From NCBI RefSeq assembly GCF_003790525.1, contig NZ_CP033635.1: a stretch of DNA of 64,000 nucleotides. The stretch is one strand, 5' to 3'. This DNA is from Escherichia coli (GTDB taxonomy: Bacteria > Pseudomonadota > Gammaproteobacteria > Enterobacterales > Enterobacteriaceae). The notes beneath the pieces are model-generated. The model was not told where the DNA came from, did not search any database, and saw only the letters and a program-made list of their open reading frames with translations. Positions within the stretch are counted from its first letter, which is position 1. Each line of letters begins with the position of its first letter. This document shows positions 51,111 to 60,733 of the stretch, piece by piece. Position numbers and translations under genes: made by a program.

Positions 51111-54100
51111 ACTCCTGCTTGTTCAAAATAATATTGATAGATTACCCCTAATTGCTGCGGGGCTTGCTGATAGTGGAATTCAAAAAGCGCAGACAGTTGA
51201 TGTATCAAGTTATTATCTTTTTGGGTTAACAGCGCTGCGACTAACATCAAATTAAAACGTTTTTCAAGCCGTGAGTGATATTTATTTTTAATCCAAAGCT
51301 TATTAAAAACAGATTTTAACTCTGGAGTAATCGCACTAGACCAAAGTTCTTTAGGGAAGATACTGATACGCCCAAAGCTGTCGGGGTTCCTTAATAGCAT
51401 CTGTTTAGCTTCATTAAACTGCTCACGACTAACAGTTGGCAAGACATTACAACCGGCTGGTAGGAGTTTGCTATATGTAAGTAACATATTCGCAATGGGA
51501 GCCAGACGACGATCGATATGTGCACGATGGTTCATAAAAGCAATAAAGGGTTGCAATATATGTAATGCTAATGTTTTATCGTTAATCTGTTTTTCCAGAT
51601 AAGCCCAACACTTTTGAAAAACATCTTTCCAGATTGAAACGGGAATCCATCCCCATGAAAAGGGTAATTCTTCCTGTATATCATAAATCGTATCGCTATC
51701 ACCAGAAAGACATGATGATATTAACAACTGAACAACTACGCGGTAATTACTCGAAATACCTCTGAACAAATCCAGATCCAGCAAGGATAAGCCATTATTC
51801 ATTTTGTATTTCTTAATATACTCCGTTAATAAACAGCAATAATTTTGCAAAGGATTGTTATCTATTTCAAAAATTAGCTCATTAAAATATTTTTTTCGCT
51901 GTTCGGAATCCGCTTCGCATAGAGCATTAAGTAATAAATCATTTGTCTGTAATACAGGTAGCCCCCATTTAATTACTGGTGCAATGCGAGCTGTACCATC
52001 AAGTTTCCCCACAATTAACCATGGGCTATCCTGAACATTCAGAGCTGAAAGATCATAAGCAAATTCATCTTTTTTTAGCAACGATATGTGTAAGCCAGGA
52101 TCCTTAAGAGAAATAGCATCAACAACCAGCTCGTCTATTCTATTTGCAGGAAAAACAACAGAATTTTTTATATCAACCAGTAACCCTTGATCGTGTTCAA
52201 TAAAACTACCATCGTAGCGTTTAATACTGAGTGTTGCTTTATCCTTTCCAAATCTGTCAGAGTAAAAATCAACACATAATGTACTATTGCTGCTCCATGC
52301 ACATGCCAGCATAGCATTTAGCAAATTATAGTTCTCATAAAGTGAAATTTGTTTTAATTTGTCATTGCATCCTGATAAAAGAGGAAGGTCGGCATGTAAA
52401 TAACGGAATTTTTCAGCTACTGGATTTTCATCCAACAACTCGATATTAAGATATCCTCTTCCAGCACAAGATATGGTTAACAACTCAGCATCTATTCCAT
52501 GCAAATGCGCTATAGATGCCACACCATCAAAATGAACAGAACCATCATGAGTTACAAATCGGCCACCGCTAACCGGCTTAGGTAATAATAGTTTAAGATT
52601 AGAACCATCTTTCCAGGAGACCCGTAAATCAACGGTATTTTCCAGCATCTCCGATGAATTATAATAAATAGCACACTCGTTTTGTGAATAATCGGACTTA
52701 AGTGTTACTTTTTCATTGTTTGAATATTTGTCAATTCTAGTATCCGTTATACCAGAAAGCATTATGATGCCTTGCTGAGCACTCTCAGGTATAATATTAA
52801 TATCGAAGTCAGCTGGTAAAACTACAACTTTACCGCTAAATAAAACCTCATCATTAACTATTCGTCTGACTTCTATCTGTCCTTTTGGCATTTTTGATGC
52901 GACAGAATACCAGGCATTGTTACCTGAACGAATGGAACGCCAAAAAAGTTCTTTCTCCGGTACAATGCCATATTGCAGATCCTTTTTCCAACCGATCTTC
53001 GGCCAGGCTCGATGGACAGGATAATCCGATTTAACCAGTTCAACTTCTGTCGATTTAATATAATATTCAATCGCAGAATCATAAAGTTGCTGGGTGCGAA
53101 TTGTACAAACTGCACCATCATGTAAAACAACGCTAAATACTCCACTTATTTTAGTTAAGCTGCGTTCACTGTTTTTCAGCAACCTTGGGATATCAAACTC
53201 ACCTTCTCCACTAATATCTAAATGGCTATTTTTCGGTAGCGAAATAAACAGAGCATTTAGCCTGGAACTCACAGACCCCATACCGACAAGTTTTAGCTGC
53301 GATTCACTCTCATTCATCGCTTCAAAAACCCAGGGGAGTTCTTCAGTAAGTTCATAACCGCCTTTTGGAATTGTGTGGCCTAACAGAATTGGACCTTCAT
53401 GAAGCGACAACGAGATTTCGGCCATTGCATCTGCACCAGAGAGCTTTTGCATCGCAATAGGTAATAACTCGACCCGCCAATCTTGCTGCTCATAACGGCT
53501 TAGCATTGCCAACCTTGCCCCGCCATTTCTCCATTTTCCTGAAATGATGAGTCGGGTCTGCTCCGGCTGAATATTGCATTCAAACAAAGAGGTTAACTGT
53601 TCTGTACGCATTGTGGCCGGGAATCGGAACCGGGCATCACAATACCAACTGTCATCAACATCGACCCAGATTCTTTCAACCTGAAGACTACTTGCACTGC
53701 GTATTTCAGAAGATTGAGAAAGTAATCGCCTTACAATCTCTGCAGCATTCGCTTCGGGGAGAACGAGTGGAAGTTGAAGGTGCCAGTCTGGAGAGAGCTT
53801 ACGTAATGCAGAAACGGGATCACTGCTTTGAGGTGGATGCTCACTAAGTAATCGGCAGAGAGTCTCGCAGAATTCACCGGCTATTTCATAGACCAGTTCG
53901 TTTTGCATTGTGACAGGAATCGTATCGCCTAATTCTTGTGCAATTTTAGCGGCAGGATATTGAGATGCTTGCCCACGAAGCGCCTGATATATCCTTCTGA
54001 AATAGGTAATCAAATAACCGCTCTCATTTTCAATCATGCGGATAGGTAAACCACCTTCACAAGCCAGTGTATGCAGATAACCCGAAGCTTGCCCCAGGTT

Positions 54101-54460
54101 TCTTATCTTTCTTTTCCAGTAGCGAATGCCATCATTAACCAGCTTCTGTCGATGAACATACGGAACTTTCCAGTCAATAGAATCTAAAATTGTGTCCCAT
54201 TTAGGGTGTCCGACCGTATGAGTCCGGCGGATAAACTCTGCGGCATATATGCTAAATAGAACATCGCTATAGGAAATGAATATCGTTCTTGGATAACTAC
54301 GGGGGGCATATGTACGCAGTAGTTCTGCCAAACTTTCGTACTCTGTATCAGTACAACGGTAAGCATATAACGCCCGTCCATCAGCTCCGGATAATGAACG
54401 GCGACTAAAAAACATGTTAAGCCATTGCAAAAGTGGGTTAACTGGAGTTTTCACAAGCAA
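51101..54460 (-). CDS. Large protein of unknown function (up to 1119 aa; true start uncertain); DruH-like partner of the helicase
   Basis: Long intact ORF with no recognisable catalytic motif; AT-rich codon usage; translationally coupled to the downstream helicase. Confidence 0.6.
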   Translation of the reverse strand: MLVKTPVNPLLQWLNMFFSRRSLSGADGRALYAYRCTDTEYESLAELLRTYAPRSYPRTIFISYSDVLFSIYAAEFIRRTHTVGHPKWDTILDSIDWKVPYVHRQKLVNDGIRYWKRKIRNLGQASGYLHTLACEGGLPIRMIENESGYLITYFRRIYQALRGQASQYPAAKIAQELGDTIPVTMQNELVYEIAGEFCETLCRLLSEHPPQSSDPVSALRKLSPDWHLQLPLVLPEANAAEIVRRLLSQSSEIRSASSLQVERIWVDVDDSWYCDARFRFPATMRTEQLTSLFECNIQPEQTRLIISGKWRNGGARLAMLSRYEQQDWRVELLPIAMQKLSGADAMAEISLSLHEGPILLGHTIPKGGYELTEELPWVFEAMNESESQLKLVGMGSVSSRLNALFISLPKNSHLDISGEGEFDIPRLLKNSERSLTKISGVFSVVLHDGAVCTIRTQQLYDSAIEYYIKSTEVELVKSDYPVHRAWPKIGWKKDLQYGIVPEKELFWRSIRSGNNAWYSVASKMPKGQIEVRRIVNDEVLFSGKVVVLPADFDINIIPESAQQGIIMLSGITDTRIDKYSNNEKVTLKSDYSQNECAIYYNSSEMLENTVDLRVSWKDGSNLKLLLPKPVSGGRFVTHDGSVHFDGVASIAHLHGIDAELLTISCAGRGYLNIELLDENPVAEKFRYLHADLPLLSGCNDKLKQISLYENYNLLNAMLACAWSSNSTLCVDFYSDRFGKDKATLSIKRYDGSFIEHDQGLLVDIKNSVVFPANRIDELVVDAISLKDPGLHISLLKKDEFAYDLSALNVQDSPWLIVGKLDGTARIAPVIKWGLPVLQTNDLLLNALCEADSEQRKKYFNELIFEIDNNPLQNYCCLLTEYIKKYKMNNGLSLLDLDLFRGISSNYRVVVQLLISSCLSGDSDTIYDIQEELPFSWGWIPVSIWKDVFQKCWAYLEKQINDKTLALHILQPFIAFMNHRAHIDRRLAPIANMLLTYSKLLPAGCNVLPTVSREQFNEAKQMLLRNPDSFGRISIFPKELWSSAITPELKSVFNKLWIKNKYHSRLEKRFNLMLVAALLTQKDNNLIHQLSALFEFHYQQAPQQLGVIYQYYFEQAGVCH

Positions 54461-54671
54461 CCTGCCTTCCTTTGATACAATTCGTAACAGGTTACTATCA
54501 TCATAAAAAAGCTCAACCCGATGAACTCGCTAAAAATGAGACAAATCATTTATATCTCGAAAAAACTTGTTACAATCATGAGCGCTACACCGAACTTAAC
54601 CATATAAATTATGTGTGTTTTGTTTATTTTTTAAACAATTACAACTATCCATTATTTACACAGGTATCAAA

Positions 54672-56324
54672 ATGTTAGCGCAGCTTTTTGAGCAGTTGTT
54701 TCAATCGATAGACTCTACACTGATCACCAATATTTTCATCTGGGCTGTTATATTCGTATTTTTATCAGCGTGGTGGTGTGACAAAAAAAATATACATAGT
54801 AAGTTTAGAGAATATGCTCCAACCTTAATGGGGGCATTAGGTATTCTGGGTACTTTCATTGGTATTATTATTGGGTTACTCAATTTTAATACTGAAAGTA
54901 TTGATACCAGCATCCCCGTATTATTAGGCGGCCTAAAAACAGCATTCATTACAAGCATTGTAGGTATGTTTTTTGCCATTTTATTTAATGGAATGGATGC
55001 TTTCTTTTTTGCCAATAAACGAAGTGCGTTAGCAGAAAATAACCCTGAATCTGTTACACCTGAACATATCTATCATGAATTAAAAGAGCAGAACCAGACT
55101 CTGACTAAATTAGTCTCGGGTATTAACGGTGATAGTGAAGGTTCTCTTATTGCTCAAATAAAATTACTACGTACTGAGATTAGCGATTCCTCGCAGGCAC
55201 AATTAGCTAATCACACTCATTTCAGTAATAAGCTTTGGGAACAACTTGAACAATTTGCAGATCTAATGGCAAAAGGTGCTACAGAACAAATTATTGATGC
55301 TTTACGACAAGTCATTATTGATTTTAATGAAAATTTAACTGAACAGTTTGGTGAAAACTTTAAAGCACTTGATGCCTCTGTAAAAAAACTTGTTGAGTGG
55401 CAGGAAAATTATAAAACGCAAGTTGAGCTGATGTCAGAACAATATCAACAAAGTGTCGAGTCTCTGGTTGAAACAAAAACTGCGGTTGCCGGGATTTGGG
55501 AAGAATGTAAAGAAATTCCTCTGGCTATGTCTGAACTGCGTGAAGTGCTTCAGGTGAACCAACATCAAATCAGCGAACTCTCCCGCCATTTAGAAACCTT
55601 TGTCGCCATCCGCGATAAAGCTACAACCGTATTACCTGAAATACAGAACAAAATGGCTGAAGTGGGTGAACTGCTGAAATCCGGAGCTGCAAATGTTAGT
55701 GCATCTCTTGAGCAAACCAGCCAGCAAATACTTCTTAATGCAGATTCAATGCGCGTGGCCCTGGATGAAGGTACCGAAGGATTCAGACAATCGGTTACCC
55801 AAACACAACAAGCATTTGCCTCGATGGCACATGATGTCAGCAATTCCTCCGAAACTCTAACCAGCACGTTAGGTGAAACAATTACTGAAATGAAACAAAG
55901 TGGTGAAGAATTCCTGAAGTCACTAGAGTCGCACTCGAAAGAATTGCATAGAAATATGGAACAAAATACGACTAATGTAATTGATATGTTCAGTAAGACT
56001 GGTGAAAAGATTAACCATCAACTATCCAGTAATGCCGATAATATGTTTGATTCAATCCAGACATCATTTGATAAGGCAAGTGCAGGGCTGACTTCTCAAG
56101 TCAGAGAATCAATTGAAAAATTTGCTCTATCCATCAACGAGCAGTTACATGCTTTTGAGCAAGCAACTGAACGTGAGATGAACCGTGAAATGCAATCATT
56201 AGGTAATGCTCTGCTTTCAATCAGCAAAGGTTTTGTCGGTAACTATGAAAAACTTATTAAAGATTACCAAATAATTATGGGGCAGTTACAAGCATTAATT
56301 TCTGCTAATAAACATCGAGGGTAA
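54672..56324 (+). CDS. zorA: Zorya ZorA (MotA/ExbB/TolQ-like membrane protein with long coiled-coil tail)
   Basis: N-terminal multi-TM region followed by a long, heptad-rich, low-complexity tail; start taken at ATG 54672 (track ORF begins at an upstream GTG). Confidence 0.7.
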   Translation: MLAQLFEQLFQSIDSTLITNIFIWAVIFVFLSAWWCDKKNIHSKFREYAPTLMGALGILGTFIGIIIGLLNFNTESIDTSIPVLLGGLKTAFITSIVGMFFAILFNGMDAFFFANKRSALAENNPESVTPEHIYHELKEQNQTLTKLVSGINGDSEGSLIAQIKLLRTEISDSSQAQLANHTHFSNKLWEQLEQFADLMAKGATEQIIDALRQVIIDFNENLTEQFGENFKALDASVKKLVEWQENYKTQVELMSEQYQQSVESLVETKTAVAGIWEECKEIPLAMSELREVLQVNQHQISELSRHLETFVAIRDKATTVLPEIQNKMAEVGELLKSGAANVSASLEQTSQQILLNADSMRVALDEGTEGFRQSVTQTQQAFASMAHDVSNSSETLTSTLGETITEMKQSGEEFLKSLESHSKELHRNMEQNTTNVIDMFSKTGEKINHQLSSNADNMFDSIQTSFDKASAGLTSQVRESIEKFALSINEQLHAFEQATEREMNREMQSLGNALLSISKGFVGNYEKLIKDYQIIMGQLQALISANKHRG

Positions 56325-56330
56325 TCGATC

Positions 56331-57038
56331 ATGGATAAGATTATAGGGAAACAATTACCTAAAAAAGATCAAGATAATGAACACTGGGTATCCATGTCAG
56401 ACCTAATGGCAGGGCTGATGATGGTTTTTATGTTCATATCTATTGCTTATATGCACTACGTACGTATTGAAAAAGAAAAAATTAAAGAAGTTGCCGTAGC
56501 CTACGAGAATGCTCAGTTACAGCTTTATAATGCTCTGGATATTGAGTTTGCAAAGGATTTGCAAGACTGGGATGCAGAGATCGATAAGCAGACTCTGGAG
56601 GTTCGATTTAAATCACCGGATGTTTTATTTGGCTTAGGAAGCACAGAGCTTAAACCAAAGTTTAAACTCATTCTTGACGACTTCTTTCCTCGCTACCTAA
56701 AAGTTCTTGATAATTATCAAGAACATATTACTGAAGTCCGCATTGAAGGTCACACAAGTACTGACTGGACTGGAACAACGAATCCTGATATTGCTTATTT
56801 TAATAATATGGCACTATCACAAGGTCGTACACGTGCAGTATTACAATACGTTTATGATATAAAAAATATCGCGACACACCAACAATGGGTTAAAAGTAAA
56901 TTTGCCGCAGTAGGTTATTCATCTGCACATCCCATTCTTGATAAAACCGGCAAGGAGGATCCTAATCGCTCTCGTCGTGTCACCTTCAAAGTTGTAACAA
57001 ATGCCGAGTTGCAGATTAGAAAGATTATTCAGGAGTAA
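56331..57038 (+). CDS. zorB: Zorya ZorB (MotB/OmpA-like peptidoglycan-binding protein)
   Basis: N-terminal TM helix with Asp (SMSDLMAGLMMVFMFI) and C-terminal OmpA-like region; 6 bp after zorA. Confidence 0.7.
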   Translation: MDKIIGKQLPKKDQDNEHWVSMSDLMAGLMMVFMFISIAYMHYVRIEKEKIKEVAVAYENAQLQLYNALDIEFAKDLQDWDAEIDKQTLEVRFKSPDVLFGLGSTELKPKFKLILDDFFPRYLKVLDNYQEHITEVRIEGHTSTDWTGTTNPDIAYFNNMALSQGRTRAVLQYVYDIKNIATHQQWVKSKFAAVGYSSAHPILDKTGKEDPNRSRRVTFKVVTNAELQIRKIIQE

Positions 57039-57041
57039 GAG

Positions 57042-58145
57042 ATGAAATTATCTATCGACATTTCAGAACTTATTCAATTAGGGAAGAAAATGTTACCAGA
57101 AGGAGTCGATTTTTTTCTGGATGAATCCCCTATTGACTTTGATCCTATAGATATTGAGTTATCCACGGGTAAAGAAGTTAGTATCGAAGATCTTGACCCT
57201 GGTAGCGGGCTAATCTCTTATCATGGCCGCCAGGTTCTTTTATATATTAGGGACCATTCAGGGCGTTATGATGCGGCTATCATCGATGGCGAAAAAGGAA
57301 AACGTTTTCATATTGCCTGGTGCAGAACTCTTGATGAAATGCGCCATAAAAATCGATTTGAAAGGTATCATGCAACTAACCGCATAGATGGTTTATTCGA
57401 AATTGATGATGGTTCAGGCCGGAGCCAGGATGTTGATTTACGGGTATGTATGAATTGTCTGGAACGACTTAATTACAAAGGAAGTATTGATAAACAAAGG
57501 AAAAGAGAGATTTTTAAATCATTCTCATTAAATGAGTTTTTTTCAGATTATAGTACCTGTTTTCGTCATATGCCTAAGGGTATCTATGACAAAACAAATA
57601 GTGGGTATGTCGAAAACTGGAAAGATATATCAAAATCAATACGAGAAAAGGCCAAGTATACTTGTAATGATTGTGGTGTGAATTTATCAACCGCCAAAAA
57701 CTTGTGCCATGTCCATCATAAAAATGGCATCAAATATGATAATCACCATGAAAACCTTCTTGTTCTGTGTAAGGATTGCCATCGTAAACAGCCCCTCCAT
57801 GAAGGTATATTCGTTACCCAAGCTGAGATGGCTATCATTCAACGTTTACGTTCCCAACAAGGGTTATTAAAAGCCGAATCCTGGAATGAAATATATGACC
57901 TGACTGATCCATCAGTACATGGTGATATTAATATGATGCAACATAAAGGCTTTCAACCTCCTGTTCCTGGGTTAGATCTTCAAAACTCAGAACATGAAAT
58001 TATTGCAACCGTAGAAGCAGCATGGCCAGGCCTTAAAATTGCAGTTAACCTTACTCCCGCCGAAGTCGAAGGATGGAGAATATATACCGTGGGTGAGCTG
58101 GTTAAAGAAATACAAACAGGAGCCTTTACGTCAGCAACGTTGTAA
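57042..58145 (+). CDS. zorE: Zorya type II ZorE (HNH endonuclease)
   Basis: HNH/zinc-finger motif CNDCGVNL...HVHHKNG...DNHHENLLVLCKDCH; 3 bp after zorB. Confidence 0.7.
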   Translation: MKLSIDISELIQLGKKMLPEGVDFFLDESPIDFDPIDIELSTGKEVSIEDLDPGSGLISYHGRQVLLYIRDHSGRYDAAIIDGEKGKRFHIAWCRTLDEMRHKNRFERYHATNRIDGLFEIDDGSGRSQDVDLRVCMNCLERLNYKGSIDKQRKREIFKSFSLNEFFSDYSTCFRHMPKGIYDKTNSGYVENWKDISKSIREKAKYTCNDCGVNLSTAKNLCHVHHKNGIKYDNHHENLLVLCKDCHRKQPLHEGIFVTQAEMAIIQRLRSQQGLLKAESWNEIYDLTDPSVHGDINMMQHKGFQPPVPGLDLQNSEHEIIATVEAAWPGLKIAVNLTPAEVEGWRIYTVGELVKEIQTGAFTSATL

Positions 58146-58156
58146 ATTCCGAAACT

Positions 58157-58198
58157 CCGTGAAAGTTAAGACTTTCACGGAAGATAAATAAAATTTTC
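58157..58198 (+). terminator. Intrinsic terminator candidate downstream of zorE
   Basis: ccgtgaaagt / actttcacgg 10-bp stem with 4-nt loop followed by an A/T-rich tract. Confidence 0.45.
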
Positions 58199-58254
58199 CT
58201 GATTTGTGACTCAAATTACAAAAGTCGTTTATGGCATAACTTGTCTGTTTTTTT

Positions 58255-58273
58255 GGTGTAATAGGTATAAAGG
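58255..58273. promoter_or_regulatory. Orphan GGTATA-repeat (NanR operator-like) site upstream of the truncated nanM duplicate
   Basis: ggtgtaataggtataaagg, resembling the site at 22864-22884. Confidence 0.4.
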
Positions 58274-58354
58274 CATATGCTATGGTTAGCCTTATATTTA
58301 AAACTTTCCTCATACGGGTGAAGGTTAAAGCTTGGTAGATAGGTTACAGTCACA

Positions 58355-58965
58355 ATGAATAAAGCAATAACGGTGCTTGCTATAATGATGGCTTCATTTT
58401 CCGTAAATGCGTATGTATTACCGGAAACGCCTGTGCCATTTAAAAGTGGTACCGGAGAAATTGATAACAACACTGTCTACATTGGTTTAGGTAGCGCAGG
58501 TACGGCATGGTACAAGCTGGAGAAACAGACCAAAGATAAAAAAATGGACAGCGTTAGCTGCATTTCCTGGTGGACCGAGAGATCAAGCAACCTCTGCATT
58601 TATTGATGGCAATCTGTATGTGTTTGGCGGCATTGGCAAAAACAGCGAGGGCTTGACTCAGGTATTTAATGACGTACACAAATACAACCCCAAAACCAAT
58701 AGCTGGGTTAAATTGATGTCGCACGCGCCGATGGGCATGGCGGGTCATGTGACATTTGTACACAACGGCAAGGCTTATGTTACTGGCGGTGTTAACCAGA
58801 ATATCTTCAACGGCTATTTTGAAGATCTTAACGAAGCTGGAAAAGATTCAACATACCGAACGCCGGAGAACTGGACGACGACACCACGAAGCAGTCATTT
58901 CAGTCGGGGGATGATTGTAGACAAATTTGTTGACGCTATTTTGCGGTTTTGGCGTGAAGGGTGAG
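58355..58965 (+). pseudogene. Truncated, frameshifted duplicate of nanM fused to the 3' end of nanS
   Basis: N-terminal NanM-like sequence with a +1 frameshift in a poly-A run; continues NanM-like to ...EAGKDST, then jumps to NanS C-terminal sequence; 3' flank matches the nanS 3' flank at 26196-26250. Confidence 0.8.
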
Positions 58966-58971
58966 CATTCA

Positions 58972-59613
58972 TTAATTTGCATCCATCAACGCTTTTAACT
59001 GCTCCGGCGAAAACGGTGGTTTGCGTCGGTGCAACATCGCATGGCAATTAGGGCACACAGGAAGCAAATCATTAACTGGATCCAGCTGGTAATCCTCTTT
59101 AATGGCTGAAAGCGGCACCAGGTGATGCATATGGATAAAACCCTCAGCGATATCGCCATAGATCTTCACCAGATCAACGCCGCATACGTTGCACTGGCAT
59201 CCATGATGTTCGACCGCTTTATCTCGGGCCTTTTTATCGCGTTCATAGCGGTTTACTGTCACCTTTATCGCCGCACCTTCAACGTATGTCTCCTGCGACG
59301 GCAACTCATCCGGGAACAGAACGTCGGCTATGGGAGCCGCAGCGGCTTTATCCTGATGAATATGAAATCCCTGCTCTATGAGTAGTTTGACGCATTTAGA
59401 TTTTATTCCGCCGGTGAAATCCGCAGGGGTAAATTGCGTCCCCGTCATCAATGTCGCTGCGATGCCAGCAATCGCCTTCGAGGGGTAACGTCGGCCATGA
59501 TATTCAATCTTATACAACCGCGCAGGCTGGAACTGATGAGTTTCTCCCGCATCCCATAAATGGATAGCTTCGATGATATACCGCCGCGGAAGATGATCGG
59601 GGAGTTTATTCAT
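58972..59613 (-). CDS. HNH endonuclease-domain protein (213 aa), McrA-like architecture
   Basis: C-terminal HNH motif CQCNVCGVDL...HMHHLVPLS...NDLLPVCPNCHAMLH; N-terminal putative DNA-recognition domain. Confidence 0.65.
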   Translation of the reverse strand: MNKLPDHLPRRYIIEAIHLWDAGETHQFQPARLYKIEYHGRRYPSKAIAGIAATLMTGTQFTPADFTGGIKSKCVKLLIEQGFHIHQDKAAAAPIADVLFPDELPSQETYVEGAAIKVTVNRYERDKKARDKAVEHHGCQCNVCGVDLVKIYGDIAEGFIHMHHLVPLSAIKEDYQLDPVNDLLPVCPNCHAMLHRRKPPFSPEQLKALMDAN

Positions 59614-59692
59614 GGAGAATGTCCTTATACGTTCTCAGAACAGGCAGCAAAAAAACAAATGAGATCAAGGTAATATATCTTCACTTGCAGGC

Positions 59693-60622
59693 TTGAACAG
59701 CAGAAAATTTGCGAGCATGATCGCAACTATTTCACTGCCAGGGATATCAATGGCTTCCAGTAAATCGCTACAGCAGGCAATCGCCAATATAAAAATCTGG
59801 CACAAGGGTGAACAGCGCGCGCCGCATAAACCATTGTTACTGCTATACGTATTAGCGGGATACCTGAATGGGCATCCGCGCCTTTTCGATTATGGATTGG
59901 AAATCTACGAACCTCTGCACAATTTACTGGAACGTTTTGGGCCACAGCGTTCACAGTACCGACCTGATATGCCGTTCTGGCGATTACAAGGCGACGGATT
60001 CTGGCAATTACACAATGCCGAGCTTTGCTCAACAGCAGGGAGCAGCCGACAACCGCCAGTGAAGGAACTGAACGAATACCACGTTGCAGGCGGTTTCGAT
60101 GAACAGCACTACGCCCTGGTAACCGGCAATAAAAAACTCATCAATACTCTGGCGCAACAGATACTCGAAGCGCACTTCACCGAGAGTATTCAGGAAGAAA
60201 TTGCTGACGAGCTGGGTTTTGATCTCCAGCAAATCCGTAAACAGCGTGACCCGTTATTTCGCAAAAATGTATTACGCGCTTATAACTACCAGTGCGCGAT
60301 ATGTGGCTTTAATATGCGCCACGACGACACCACCGTCGCGCTGGAAGCGGCGCATATAAAATGGAAACAGCACGGCGGTCCTTGTGAAATTCCTAATGGC
60401 CTGGCGCTTTGCGCAATTCACCATAAAGCCTTTGATAAAGGATCGATTGGCCTGGATGAAAATATGCGGGTACTGGTCTCGGATGCGGTAAACGGCGGAG
60501 GGATCGTTGAGAGATTATTCTGGGATTTTGATGGGAAAACTATTGCGTTGCCACAGGTGCGTAAAAATTACCCTTTTGAGGGGTTTGTGGAGTGGCATCG
60601 AAAAGAGGTTTTTAGGGGGTGA
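59693..60622 (+). CDS. HNH endonuclease-domain protein (309 aa) with N-terminal putative DNA-recognition domain
   Basis: HNH motif CAICGFNM...EAAHIKW...NGLALCAIHHKAFD; start may be at a downstream Met. Confidence 0.65.
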   Translation: MNSRKFASMIATISLPGISMASSKSLQQAIANIKIWHKGEQRAPHKPLLLLYVLAGYLNGHPRLFDYGLEIYEPLHNLLERFGPQRSQYRPDMPFWRLQGDGFWQLHNAELCSTAGSSRQPPVKELNEYHVAGGFDEQHYALVTGNKKLINTLAQQILEAHFTESIQEEIADELGFDLQQIRKQRDPLFRKNVLRAYNYQCAICGFNMRHDDTTVALEAAHIKWKQHGGPCEIPNGLALCAIHHKAFDKGSIGLDENMRVLVSDAVNGGGIVERLFWDFDGKTIALPQVRKNYPFEGFVEWHRKEVFRG

Positions 60623-60733
60623 GGTTGATAACTATCGCGTCCCTATAATCTTGCCATCTCGTGCATTGAGATGTTAAAAGCTACAAATGTTCTCCCTATT
60701 TTTCAATGTAGACATTTATAGCAATATCAAAAT

